Assembly (NCBI GenBank): GCA_048941265.1
Contig: JBHLNT010000008.1
Location: 10,691 to 74,690 of the forward strand
Length of the DNA stretch: 64,000 nucleotides
Direction: 5' to 3'
Origin: Promethearchaeota archaeon
GTDB taxonomy: Archaea; Asgardarchaeota; Lokiarchaeia; Sigyniarchaeales; SOKP01
The position numbers and the translations under genes are program-made. The notes beneath the pieces were generated by a model. The model worked only from the letters and a program-made list of their open reading frames with translations. It was not told the DNA's origin and did no database searches. Below are positions 39,921-50,232 of the stretch, piece after piece (the first letter of the stretch is position 1; each line of letters begins with the position of its first letter).

Positions 39921-40007
39921 CATAACAATTTTTACTTCATTTTTTTTTAAATCATAATAACATTTATTAGACCTTTTATCATTATTTAATTCTAAAAGGT
40001 GACATCC

Positions 40008-40301
40008 TTGCAAGTTATTCAAATCGCTACTTTTAAAGTAAAAGAAGGAATGTTGGAAGAAGCTATTGAAGCTTTAAAGGAAATAGTTCCTAAAGTAAGA
40101 GAAACTGATCCAGGCTGTTTATATTATGCTGCTCATACAGTTAAAGGTCGAAAAAATAAAAATACAATAATATTTTTTGAAAAATATAAAGATGAAGAAG
40201 CTGTTAAAGAGCATAATAACAATGTTGGTACAACATTAGCTAAATTACTCCCTCTCTGTGAACCGGGAGTAGATCTAAAAACGTGTTTTGAAATTATTTA
40301 A
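40008..40301 (+). CDS. ABM-family protein, tandem paralog
   Basis: DPGCLYY...FFEKYKD..AVKEH; SD AGGTG before TTG 40008. Confidence 0.88.
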   Translation: MQVIQIATFKVKEGMLEEAIEALKEIVPKVRETDPGCLYYAAHTVKGRKNKNTIIFFEKYKDEEAVKEHNNNVGTTLAKLLPLCEPGVDLKTCFEII

Positions 40302-41747
40302 GATATCTCTTCTCTTTTTTTTCAATTTTAATTTTAACGATTTGTTCGCTTTCTTTTCTGGTTTCAAGATTTCAATAGAGGGAATATATTTTTTCACATA
40401 ATGAATGAATACCAAACATGGAATTACTATTGCAGCAATGATTAAAGAGAGTAACACATATAAATTAGAAAAAGATTCTGATTTTTTAGGTTTAAAATCG
40501 ACTTTTCCGTTCCGGATTTCTATAGATTCAATCTCTTCCTTACTAAATTCCCTCAATACCCGAAGTATTGCAGAGATAGCATGCTGAGTATAATCGATCC
40601 GGATTAAATAGGCATCATCCACTACAAATCCTCTATGGAATCCTCCATACCCTCTAATAGGACGCCCTAATTGTTTTTCTTTACGAAATTGAAGTGAAAG
40701 TACCCATTCTATCCCTGCTTTTAAAGCAGATTGATAATTATTAATTCTTTCAGTATCTTCTTCGGACTTTGCGATCCGTAAGGCATCTCCAATTCCTTCT
40801 AGATAAACCGCAGTATTGACTGTAGGACCGTTGATACAGCCATATATCGGATTCCCCAATTCGTCTAATTCATCGCCTAAATATTGTCTTGTTATTTGAA
40901 TATCGGTCATTTCAAAGCAAAAATCCCGGAATTCTTTATTATCAGTTAATCTATACCATTTAGCGCAACCTGAAGATGCCCAAGGTATAAAAGCCGATTC
41001 GTCGTAATCATAATCGCTTGACCAGTAAAACTCAAGCGCATCCTCAATAGTTTTAAGATATTCTTTTTTTTCCAGCATATCGTACGCCATTGCAAGTGCA
41101 AAAAATGCCTCTCCGGAATAGTACAAATTTTCCTCTTTCTTTCCATATACCCCTGCAAATGCGCCGTCATCCCGTTGTTGAGAAACTATGAAGTTGGCAA
41201 ATTTTTCAACGTATATATTATATCTTTCATTACCAGTAGCTTGCCAATACTTCACCATTCCTAAAATTGCTAGAGAGACTGTTCCAACTTTCATTTTCGT
41301 GTTGTAATTAATCGCCCACTCATTCAAATTTATCTTGTAGGTAAATTCTAATAAGTATTCTAAACCTGCTAAACCTACAGATAAGTACTTTTCTTCTCCT
41401 AATTCTTTATATAAGTCTAAGATGGCATAAGTGGTACCGGCATGTCTCACTATATTATAATCTGAATCATCATATACATCATTTTCAGCATCATAAATAT
41501 ATCGATATTTGCCATTACAACATTGTGAAAATTCAATATTATCTCCAGCATATCTTGCACATTCTTCAACTTTACTATCTGCAATTCCCTCTTTATAATA
41601 CTGAGGGGGTTCCCAGTTAGGATCTCCTTCCCAATCTTTAAAGCAATACGGTTGATAAAAGAATATCAAATATCTAAGAAGTATTGCAACATTTGTAAAT
41701 AGGATAAATATTATACAAACAAATATTATTTTCTTTTTTCTGCCCAT
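40275..41747 (-). CDS. Doubly membrane-anchored alpha/alpha-toroid protein
   Basis: N- and C-terminal TM helices; YNIVRHAGT, SQQRDDGAF, YYSGEA, GGF...RIDYTQHAISA. Confidence 0.65.
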   Translation of the reverse strand: MGRKKKIIFVCIIFILFTNVAILLRYLIFFYQPYCFKDWEGDPNWEPPQYYKEGIADSKVEECARYAGDNIEFSQCCNGKYRYIYDAENDVYDDSDYNIVRHAGTTYAILDLYKELGEEKYLSVGLAGLEYLLEFTYKINLNEWAINYNTKMKVGTVSLAILGMVKYWQATGNERYNIYVEKFANFIVSQQRDDGAFAGVYGKKEENLYYSGEAFFALAMAYDMLEKKEYLKTIEDALEFYWSSDYDYDESAFIPWASSGCAKWYRLTDNKEFRDFCFEMTDIQITRQYLGDELDELGNPIYGCINGPTVNTAVYLEGIGDALRIAKSEEDTERINNYQSALKAGIEWVLSLQFRKEKQLGRPIRGYGGFHRGFVVDDAYLIRIDYTQHAISAILRVLREFSKEEIESIEIRNGKVDFKPKKSESFSNLYVLLSLIIAAIVIPCLVFIHYVKKYIPSIEILKPEKKANKSLKLKLKKKRRDILNNFKTRF

Positions 41748-41830
41748 TTAAGTATAATTTTATTTTCAATTATAAAAATAGATTTAGTTATATAATATTA
41801 AGAAAAGGATATTTTCATATATTAAAGAAG

Positions 41831-43402
41831 TCACTCGTCTTGGATGTATGGTTTTCCGAAAAATAAACAATTCTCTGCTTTACTCAATTCCCTTCCTAAA
41901 TAATTAATATGATAATTATTATTCGATAACTTCATTTCGATAATTTTTTTACTAATAGCTTCCGCACTTCTGCCAATTATAGTATTTAGTAATTGATGGT
42001 CATTAGAAAAATGTAATACATAAATTTGTTCATCATATTGGCTTATATAAATTTTAAAATAGCCTTTCTCATCCGTTTCATAATTGGGATTTAGCTTATC
42101 AACTAATATTGCTTTTTTATCATCAATTAAGGGATTTTCTTGGCTGGTTTTGCCTTTAGCTTTAAAAATACTGGTACCCAGATTTATTGGAGGCGTCTTT
42201 CTGTTTTTTGCAATATAGTTCAATTTAACGCATTCCTTCAATTCGGCTACTCCTCTCATAAGCTTAGTACTATGCTCCACAGTAAATAAAATGCCCATAT
42301 CCAATTCAATAGCAATACTCGCTAAAAGTCCATTTATTCCAATAGAATCGATATCCATCAGTTCCACAACATTTGAAATTCCAAAAAAAAGTGGTAATTC
42401 CATATTTTGGTATTTTGATTCTTTAATTTTCTTTTCGTATAGAAAATATGCTTCCAATGAATTACAAATACCCGGCGAAATAGGTGTTTCTAAAAGAGGA
42501 TCTGCTATTAATTTTGTAAATCCTTTTTGCTGTAAATCTTTAGTCAGTTTAAACAAATTTTCAATGCGGGTATTAGGATCCTTTGGAAAATAGGTTTTTC
42601 TTATATTGGTGGGTAATATAACTATAGGTATATCTTTAGGTATGCTGAGAAACTCCATATAGTTCCCTAGATCTAAACTGAGAATCATATCAGTGCCAGC
42701 ATCAATTGCTGCTAAAATCTCGTTAGATTCCATTGTATCTATACTAATTAATATGTCAAAATTCTTTCTTATCAGATCGATTATTTCTTTTATTCTTTCA
42801 GGGGATGGTTTGTTAGTTACACAACCTATATCAATGACATCTGCCCCGGAATCAATATAATGTTTCGTTTTTTTTAATATGCTTTTATTATCTTTATCCG
42901 TACAGTTAACAACCTCGGCAATAATTGGAGGTGGTAAATTTCTTCCAATTATTACATTAGACCTATTTTCATTAATATAAAATGTATGATGCCCCAAATT
43001 AGCTTTAGCTTTTTCTAATTGCTCTTCCACTATTTCTATATAGAGATTTTCACCAGATTTTTTGAATATTCTATTAGCAGGGATTAAAGTTGATAGAGAG
43101 ATATTTTCAATATTATTCAGAATCATAGGGAGGTCCGAAGCAAATTCGGGACCTTTTTTAATTGAAATAGAGAAATTTTCTTCCAATTTTGATGTATCCC
43201 ATTGAACAAAACCTGGGAGTAATATTAAATCATAATCTGAGGGATGAATATCTTTCAAGATAGATTCAGTATTAGCCTCAGTTAAAAATGCAGAAACTGA
43301 AACAGGAGCCTTTTCAATACTAATTACATGACCTTTTATTCCACGTATTACCTTCTTAATAATTGGATAACTACTTTCCCCAGTAATTATTAAAATTTTA
43401 AT
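41831..43402 (-). CDS. Dihydropteroate synthase-like pterin-binding protein (archaeal long form; probable ATT start)
   Basis: (M)KILIITG N-terminus, IIAEVV, GADVIDIG, ISIDT, LIADPLL, PLFFGISNVVELMDIDSIGIN, C-terminal H..YLGRELSKAE...PYIQDE. Confidence 0.85.
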   Translation of the reverse strand: MKILIITGESSYPIIKKVIRGIKGHVISIEKAPVSVSAFLTEANTESILKDIHPSDYDLILLPGFVQWDTSKLEENFSISIKKGPEFASDLPMILNNIENISLSTLIPANRIFKKSGENLYIEIVEEQLEKAKANLGHHTFYINENRSNVIIGRNLPPPIIAEVVNCTDKDNKSILKKTKHYIDSGADVIDIGCVTNKPSPERIKEIIDLIRKNFDILISIDTMESNEILAAIDAGTDMILSLDLGNYMEFLSIPKDIPIVILPTNIRKTYFPKDPNTRIENLFKLTKDLQQKGFTKLIADPLLETPISPGICNSLEAYFLYEKKIKESKYQNMELPLFFGISNVVELMDIDSIGINGLLASIAIELDMGILFTVEHSTKLMRGVAELKECVKLNYIAKNRKTPPINLGTSIFKAKGKTSQENPLIDDKKAILVDKLNPNYETDEKGYFKIYISQYDEQIYVLHFSNDHQLLNTIIGRSAEAISKKIIEMKLSNNNYHINYLGRELSKAENCLFFGKPYIQDE

Positions 43403-44489
43403 CTAAATCACTTATAAGTTTATCTTTATCAAATGGAATGTAAATATCATCTAAAATAGAGCCCGAGGCTTCTTGAATCCTTAAATTATTTATGATTGGT
43501 GCATACTCTCCGCCTAATAGACCATTTGCGATCATTGCTGCTCCTTGTGCAGCATGTTTTGCAATTTGACTATATGATTTCATTAGCCTTACTGGCGCAA
43601 CGTCTTTCAGACTTTTATTAATTCTTTCTCTTAAATAGACCAAATCAGCACCCCTCCCGGCTAATAATATTTCTTTTATCTTATCTTTAGTTGAAAAAGA
43701 GGAGGAAATTCCAAAGACAGCTTTTTTAACACTTGATAAATATGCTTTTAGCGCAGTTTTAATTTGATCGTCTTTTTCTGCAAGTAATGTTATTTCTTTT
43801 AAACTTAAATCAGAATATCCGGCAATGGACGCCACTCCACCCTTATAAATATTTTTTTTTTTAATAATCTTAATTAAATAAGCCAATTCTCCATCTAGAC
43901 TTCCACATGCCCTGAATCCCATGATATTGGAACCTCCTATCCCGTCAACTATTTGTCCATTTTCAATAGCTAATACTGCGGTAAAACCATATCCGATTTC
44001 AACCATGATAAAATTAATTTTTTCAGGGGATAGTTGAAGTTTTTCCATTTGATCCCTTATACCAGTTACAGCCGTACATAATTTATCTGCCGTTCCCATA
44101 TCTATTTTATTTATTTTCCGATATCGCGGAATAGTTGGCAAATGTTTAACCCCGGGGACCATTATTGCTGGAATTTTGTCGGCTTTAATCAATCTTAAGA
44201 TTTCTCCTAATCCGATAAGTTTATCTTTTTCTTTCTGTTCGAATTTTAATAAAGTATAGAAAATATCTCGTTCATTCAAATCTTTTACATTTTTTAAAGG
44301 TAGTCCAAATCCACTAGGAGCTACTATTAAATCAATATCTTTAACCGATTTTATAATGGTTATGGCTTTTTGCGGTGCTTGAATTAATTCTTTTGTTGGT
44401 ATTGAAGTATCTAATATTATTTTATTATCATCTAAGCCAAAAAAGTCCCATGATTTGCTTCCTGGATCAATTCCGATTACTCTAACCAA
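43398..44489 (-). CDS. DUF1464-type ASKHA (butyrate-kinase-like) protein
   Basis: IGIDPGSKSWD, APSGFGLP, RKINKIDMGTADK, GQIVDGIGG, AKHAAQGAA. Confidence 0.85.
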   Translation of the reverse strand: MVRVIGIDPGSKSWDFFGLDDNKIILDTSIPTKELIQAPQKAITIIKSVKDIDLIVAPSGFGLPLKNVKDLNERDIFYTLLKFEQKEKDKLIGLGEILRLIKADKIPAIMVPGVKHLPTIPRYRKINKIDMGTADKLCTAVTGIRDQMEKLQLSPEKINFIMVEIGYGFTAVLAIENGQIVDGIGGSNIMGFRACGSLDGELAYLIKIIKKKNIYKGGVASIAGYSDLSLKEITLLAEKDDQIKTALKAYLSSVKKAVFGISSSFSTKDKIKEILLAGRGADLVYLRERINKSLKDVAPVRLMKSYSQIAKHAAQGAAMIANGLLGGEYAPIINNLRIQEASGSILDDIYIPFDKDKLISDLD

Positions 44490-44703
44490 TAGGAATCAAA
44501 AAAATTTTTAAATATTTTAAAGAGTCTATTAATTGATTTTATTATTTATTTTTTAAAACAATTGCTTTTTCAAAACTAATTAAAAAACTTTTAGAAATTA
44601 AGTCGAAGGTATAAAAAATCTTATGAATTTTCTAATCATAAGTAAAAAATATACTAATTCAATGAAGTAAAAAATAATTAAATATACATTTAAGGTGAAA
44701 AAT

Positions 44704-45234
44704 ATGGCATTAGGAGTATGGGTTTGTAAAATCTGTGGTGAAGCTTACATCGGCAATGGGAAACCAAGCAGATGTCCGTTCTGCGGGGCATATGACAAAT
44801 ATATCGTTGATTCAAAAAAATATGATGATACTGGTGCTTGGGACGTTGATTTAAATGACGTTGATAAGGCAAATGTTGAAAAAGCGTTAGGCGTTGAGAT
44901 ATCAAATAATCTCTTTTACAAGTGTGCTTCGAAAAAAGTAAAAGAACTTGATGGACAAAAACTTTTTAAGATCCTTGCAAAAGTTGAGGGGGAACACGCC
45001 TCGGTTTGGAAAAAAATCCTAAAATTAGATGAGATAAAGTGGGAACCTCCTGAATCATGCGTGGACGATTACAAAGCTGACCTAGAAGATTCACACTCAA
45101 GAGAGGAAAGAGCAATAAAATTTTACGGCGAAGCTGCCAAAGCTGCTAAAAATGATAGAGTAAAGGAAATTTTTAAAGCATTCGTAGAAGTGGAAACAGA
45201 TCACCTCAAGCTTTCAGAAGCAAGGCTTAAATAG
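44704..45234 (+). CDS. Rubrerythrin-like protein (N-terminal rubredoxin plus ferritin-like domain)
   Basis: WVCKICG...CPFCGA; E.EH and ETDH diiron motifs. Confidence 0.9.
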   Translation: MALGVWVCKICGEAYIGNGKPSRCPFCGAYDKYIVDSKKYDDTGAWDVDLNDVDKANVEKALGVEISNNLFYKCASKKVKELDGQKLFKILAKVEGEHASVWKKILKLDEIKWEPPESCVDDYKADLEDSHSREERAIKFYGEAAKAAKNDRVKEIFKAFVEVETDHLKLSEARLK

Positions 45235-45398
45235 TAATATTTGTTTCTTTACCCTATTATTAATCCACAAACCAAAAACACTTATTTTTTTTATTACGAT
45301 ATTTAAAAAGTACTTTATATTTTGAAAAACTAACTTATAAATACCAATTTTCATAGATTTTACATAGATTATTATCTAAATTATTTAAGGTAAGGAAA

Positions 45399-47876
45399 AT
45401 GAGTAAAACCGAGCCTAAATATCAAATAGCGGAACCCCATGATTTATCCCGCCGATCCAAATGGCTGAGAGATTATTATTTTAAAGGATCAGAACGAGAA
45501 TGGGCTAATGAGTTTACGCCGTTTACGACAGGTACTGACTGGGATATAATATGGTTTGAAGGAGATTACTATATCGTACCAGAAACACATTTTTATATTC
45601 AGATATTGGGAAAAAATGATAGAGGCGTTCTTGCATCATCCTTTAGATCTATGGCTATTCCTGTTAATTTGACTGAAGATTTCTGGGATTTATCTTTACC
45701 AGAACGCAGAATGACATTTTTTGAGGAAGTTATACTCAACTATATCCCACAAGAAATCATTTCTGAAAATGATTTAATTGCTGGTGGAAGATTTAATACT
45801 CAATTATCAAAATGTTTCAATGAAACAGAAGCAAAAGAATACTGGAAAAAAAACATAAGGAATAGAGAGGCAACCCTTAATTATCATAAATCCGGTTTTG
45901 GGAATCTTGGTGCCACAGCAGGCCATATTATTCCCGATTATGAGGGAGTCGTGAAAAAAGGCTTAAAATATTATCATAATAAAGCACAAGAAGTATATAC
46001 TCAATTAAGTGATCAAGAAAAAGAGGGTCCAAAGGGGCAGGAACTCAGAGCCATTATAAAAGCCTCTGAAATTCCAAGAAAATTAGCCTTAAAATACGCT
46101 GAAGAATGTAGGAGGTTAAAAGACGAAGCATCTACTCCTGATAGAGTCGAAGAACTTGAGCAAATGGCAAAAAATCTGGAACGTGTTCCTTGGGAACCTG
46201 CAGAAACTTTCTGGCAAGCGATTCAAGCAATTTGGCTTACTCATATGCTTGTAATGGCAGAAGAATCTTATCCTGGAGCAGGACTATCATTTGGCCGAAC
46301 GGATCAGCATCTCTGGGATCTTTATAGGAAAGATGTCATAGAGGAGAAAAATATCACAAAAGAATTCGCAAAAGATATTTTAGGAAGTTTTTGGTTTCAT
46401 TGTAATACGGCATATGACGCAATGATTAGACTAGGAAAACAGGGAATTACTTCTGGGTTTGGCCAATTAATGACGTTATCAGGATGTGGCCCTAATGGAG
46501 AAGATTTGACAAATGAATTAACTTATACTATTTTAGAAGTTATTGATGAGTGGCACCCTATTTTAGAACCGAAGCCAAATGTAAGATTACATAGAAATTC
46601 TCCCGAAAAATTACTTAATGTAATAGTGGAGATGATCGCAAGATCGCAAGGAGCTCCATTCTTAATTAATTTTGACGAAAGGTCAATTGCGGGGATGATT
46701 AAAGAGGGAATATCCAAAGATGATGCGTGGGATTATGCATGCGTAGGGTGTTTAGAAAATACCATGCAAGGAAATGACAGAAGTGGAACCGTGAATATCA
46801 ACGTGAATTTAACAAAATCCATTGAATTAACACTGTGGAATGGAAAGAATATGCCCGGCAATGATGTAACAACAAAACCAGGAGACCTAATTGGTCCAGA
46901 AACGGGAAATCCAGAGGAATTTGAAACATGGGAGGAATTTTGGAATGCATGGAAAAAACAAGTTCAATTCATGATAAAGCATACGGCAAATATATATAAT
47001 TTAACTGAAGAACTACGTGGATTGTATCTCCCTACACCATACTTATCAACATTTGTCCATGATTGTATTGAAAAAGGTTTAGATGTAAGAAATGGCGGTC
47101 CAGTATATCGATTTGTAACTGTCGAAGGAGTAGGTTTTGCATCAACAGTCGATTCATTATTAGCAATTAAAAAATTAGTGTATGAAGATAAAAAGCAGAC
47201 AATTGCCCAAATCAAAGAAGCATTAATGAATGATTTCGAGGGATATGAAGTTATCCAGACATACTTAAAAAATAAAGCTCCGAAATATGGAAATGACGAT
47301 GATAATGCCGATGAAATAGCGAGAGTGGTTATGGAAGTATGGTGTGATGAAACTTGGAAATACAAAACGCCAACAGACTTTCAATTTCGACCCGGTATGT
47401 TATCGTGGAATTATTGGGCTGGAGCAGATGCCGGACTTACCATTGCTACACCTGATGGCCGAAAAAAAGGGACTTTTCTTTCAAATGCAATTTGTCCTGT
47501 GGATGGAAGCGATTTAAAGGGCCCTACTGCGGTCACTAATTCAGTTGGAAGAGCATTAGGTGGTAAAACAGAAACAGGAGAATATATTAATTATTTACCA
47601 AATGGAGCAAGCCATACTATTACGTTCAATCCAAGTATATTGCGAGATCTTGAACATAAAGAAAAGTTTAAATCATACCTAAGAGGATATGTTGAGAATG
47701 GTGGAACTTGCTTGCAAATTAATATGCTAGACACTGAAATGCTAAAAGATGCTCAAAAACATCCCGAAAACTATAAGAATTTATTAGTCAGAGTTACAGG
47801 GTATAATGCATATTTTACAGCGATTGGTCGGGAATTACAAAATGAAATAATCGCAAGGGAATCCCATCGAATGTAA
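45399..47876 (+). CDS. Glycyl radical enzyme of unknown specificity
   Basis: SFGRTDQ, thiyl loop YACVGCLE, APKYGND, glycyl motif LLVRVTGYNAYF. Confidence 0.93.
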   Translation: MSKTEPKYQIAEPHDLSRRSKWLRDYYFKGSEREWANEFTPFTTGTDWDIIWFEGDYYIVPETHFYIQILGKNDRGVLASSFRSMAIPVNLTEDFWDLSLPERRMTFFEEVILNYIPQEIISENDLIAGGRFNTQLSKCFNETEAKEYWKKNIRNREATLNYHKSGFGNLGATAGHIIPDYEGVVKKGLKYYHNKAQEVYTQLSDQEKEGPKGQELRAIIKASEIPRKLALKYAEECRRLKDEASTPDRVEELEQMAKNLERVPWEPAETFWQAIQAIWLTHMLVMAEESYPGAGLSFGRTDQHLWDLYRKDVIEEKNITKEFAKDILGSFWFHCNTAYDAMIRLGKQGITSGFGQLMTLSGCGPNGEDLTNELTYTILEVIDEWHPILEPKPNVRLHRNSPEKLLNVIVEMIARSQGAPFLINFDERSIAGMIKEGISKDDAWDYACVGCLENTMQGNDRSGTVNINVNLTKSIELTLWNGKNMPGNDVTTKPGDLIGPETGNPEEFETWEEFWNAWKKQVQFMIKHTANIYNLTEELRGLYLPTPYLSTFVHDCIEKGLDVRNGGPVYRFVTVEGVGFASTVDSLLAIKKLVYEDKKQTIAQIKEALMNDFEGYEVIQTYLKNKAPKYGNDDDNADEIARVVMEVWCDETWKYKTPTDFQFRPGMLSWNYWAGADAGLTIATPDGRKKGTFLSNAICPVDGSDLKGPTAVTNSVGRALGGKTETGEYINYLPNGASHTITFNPSILRDLEHKEKFKSYLRGYVENGGTCLQINMLDTEMLKDAQKHPENYKNLLVRVTGYNAYFTAIGRELQNEIIARESHRM

Positions 47877-47921
47877 ATCTTCTTATTTTTTATTATTACT
47901 AATTTTTTTTGAGATTCAGAG

Positions 47922-48224
47922 ATGAATGATAGAACTAAATATATTGCAGGTATTCAACTAATTTTAGGAAATCAGTTAAAAAACTATAATCCAAGAGTAA
48001 TTAGCAACCTTTCAAAAGAGGTATATGAGATATATATTACAAGAAAAAATACTGTAGATAAAATAAGTAAATTATTGAATGAACCTAATTTCAATATAGA
48101 GAAATTTAAAAAAATAATCAATGAACAATTGATGAGCGCAGAAGAATCATTGAAAGCTCTAAGTTTAAATTCCAAAAAGACAGATTTAGAAATAGAGATT
48201 TATAGAAAAATATTATCTATTTGA
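47922..48224 (+). CDS. Hypothetical protein
   Basis: 100-aa ATG ORF between same-strand genes. Confidence 0.55.
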   Translation: MNDRTKYIAGIQLILGNQLKNYNPRVISNLSKEVYEIYITRKNTVDKISKLLNEPNFNIEKFKKIINEQLMSAEESLKALSLNSKKTDLEIEIYRKILSI

Positions 48225-48348
48225 AGAATATTTAATACATTTGGTTTAGTTTATTGTTAATATAGTTTGTTTTAGATTCAGATTCAATATTTATAAATGG
48301 AAAAAATAATTTTCCTAATCAAATATCAAACAGGGATATGTATTTATT

Positions 48349-49965
48349 ATGAAAACGTTTTTAGTTAAAAACGGAAAAATTATAGATGGAACAGGAAATC
48401 CGTGGTATAAATCGGATTTATTGATTGATAATGGTAAAATTAAGAAAATTGCTCCAAATATTAGGGTCGATGACGCTGAAGAAGTTATCGATGCCTTAAA
48501 TCTTATTATTTCACCAGGATTTATCGATATCCACACTCATTCAGACCTGACGGTTTTATTAAGCCGTGGTGAAAATGTATTAACTCAGGGGGTTACAACT
48601 CACGTGGTCGGAAATTGCGGATTTTCTATGGTACCCATGAATCCCGATAAAGATGATAAAAATATCGATGCTTTTAGGGCAATGCTCGGGGCAGGTAATT
48701 ATAAATTTAATTATTATAATTTAAATGATTATTTAGAAGGTTTAAAACAAATTGGAATCCCTATTAATATAGTCCCTTTTATTGGCCATTCAATGTTAAG
48801 AATTTATTTTATGGGTCTAGAGAATAGAGAACCAACATCAGAAGAATTAGAGAATATGAAGTATATCCTCGAGGAGCAAATGAAAATGGGCGCATTTGGC
48901 ATGTCAACGGGATTAGATTATCCCCCCGGATCTTTTGCCAAAACTAATGAAATTATTGAATTATGTAAAGTTGTAAATAAATATAATGGACTTTATACCA
49001 CTCATATGCGGGCTGGATTAAGAAATAATGGATTAATAAAAGGTACAAAAGAAGCGATTGCGATTGCTAAATCAGGAATTCCTGTTGAGATTAACCACTT
49101 TAAAGCATTCGGATTTTGGCCTGGAGATATAAAAAAAGCAGTTAAATTAATAGAAGAAGCCCGTGAACAAAATTTAGAGATTACATTTGATGTTTTTCCT
49201 CATGCATCTAACCACACTTTTCTTTTTGCATTAATACCACCCTGGGTTTACCTCTCACAACAAGGAATAGACAATCCTAGAGCCATCGATATACTAAAAA
49301 AATCTAAAACAGATAATGATCTAAGAAATAAAATCTATGGAGAAATTGATACAATAGTAAAGAGCTATTTAAATATCACTGAAAGGGAGGACTGGAAAAA
49401 GGTTTATATTAACGCTCCAAATAGTGAAAAATATAATGGAAGAAATGTCTATCAATGTTCTATAGAATATAATCTCGATCCAAGACAAGTACTCATCGAA
49501 GTTTTAATAGAACAAAAAGGTGCGGTAGGAGGTACTTATAAATCAATAACCGAGGAAGATAATCTAGTTACACTTATACACCCTCTTACAATGTTTGCTT
49601 CAGATGGGCAAGTAATTCCAGAAAATTCTGCGATTTTTCCTAATCCCTACGCTAACGGTACATTTACACAGGTATTGGGAAAATATGTACGAGAGGAAAA
49701 ATTATTAACACTTCACGATGCAATCAGAAGAATGACCTCATATCCGGCTCAAAAGTTGAGATTAAAAGATCGCGGAATCCTTAGGGAAGGTTACTGGGCG
49801 GATATTGCTGTTTTTGACGCTGATAGAATAATCGATAAAGCAACATACGAAAATCCCCGTCTATATTCAGAAGGAGTTGAGTTTGTTTTTGTAAATGGAG
49901 TTTTAGCATTAAAAAATGGAGAAGTTACGGGTGCCACAGCAGGAGTACCTATACGAAGACCATAA
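48349..49965 (+). CDS. N-acyl-D-amino-acid deacylase family amidohydrolase
   Basis: PGFIDIHTHSD, QGVTT.V.GNCG, STGLDYPP, THMR, ADIAVFD. Confidence 0.92.
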   Translation: MKTFLVKNGKIIDGTGNPWYKSDLLIDNGKIKKIAPNIRVDDAEEVIDALNLIISPGFIDIHTHSDLTVLLSRGENVLTQGVTTHVVGNCGFSMVPMNPDKDDKNIDAFRAMLGAGNYKFNYYNLNDYLEGLKQIGIPINIVPFIGHSMLRIYFMGLENREPTSEELENMKYILEEQMKMGAFGMSTGLDYPPGSFAKTNEIIELCKVVNKYNGLYTTHMRAGLRNNGLIKGTKEAIAIAKSGIPVEINHFKAFGFWPGDIKKAVKLIEEAREQNLEITFDVFPHASNHTFLFALIPPWVYLSQQGIDNPRAIDILKKSKTDNDLRNKIYGEIDTIVKSYLNITEREDWKKVYINAPNSEKYNGRNVYQCSIEYNLDPRQVLIEVLIEQKGAVGGTYKSITEEDNLVTLIHPLTMFASDGQVIPENSAIFPNPYANGTFTQVLGKYVREEKLLTLHDAIRRMTSYPAQKLRLKDRGILREGYWADIAVFDADRIIDKATYENPRLYSEGVEFVFVNGVLALKNGEVTGATAGVPIRRP

Positions 49966-50232
49966 ATTATTTTGTTCTATATCCTTAGTGTAGATATATG
50001 GTACCAAAAATCAAATATCAGAAATTTTTATGCTCTGATAAGATCTTTTTCTTTGAATCTGGCAAAATATTAGTTTTTTCATTCATATTTTTACTCCTAA
50101 CTCCTAATTAAATGTGTATTTAATACGAAAAATGAAATATATTTCTTAACTTGTTCTTTTTTCTTCTGAATTATAATGTAGAAAAAAAATAAATAAACAA
50201 TTTAAGATTCTAAATTTAAAGGTGAATTAATT

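Noticed and set aside
39627-40301. Tandem ABM paralogs as a novel system
   Set aside because: Ordinary local duplication of a common family
45399-47876. Calling the GRE pyruvate formate-lyase
   Set aside because: Lacks the adjacent Cys-Cys active-site motif
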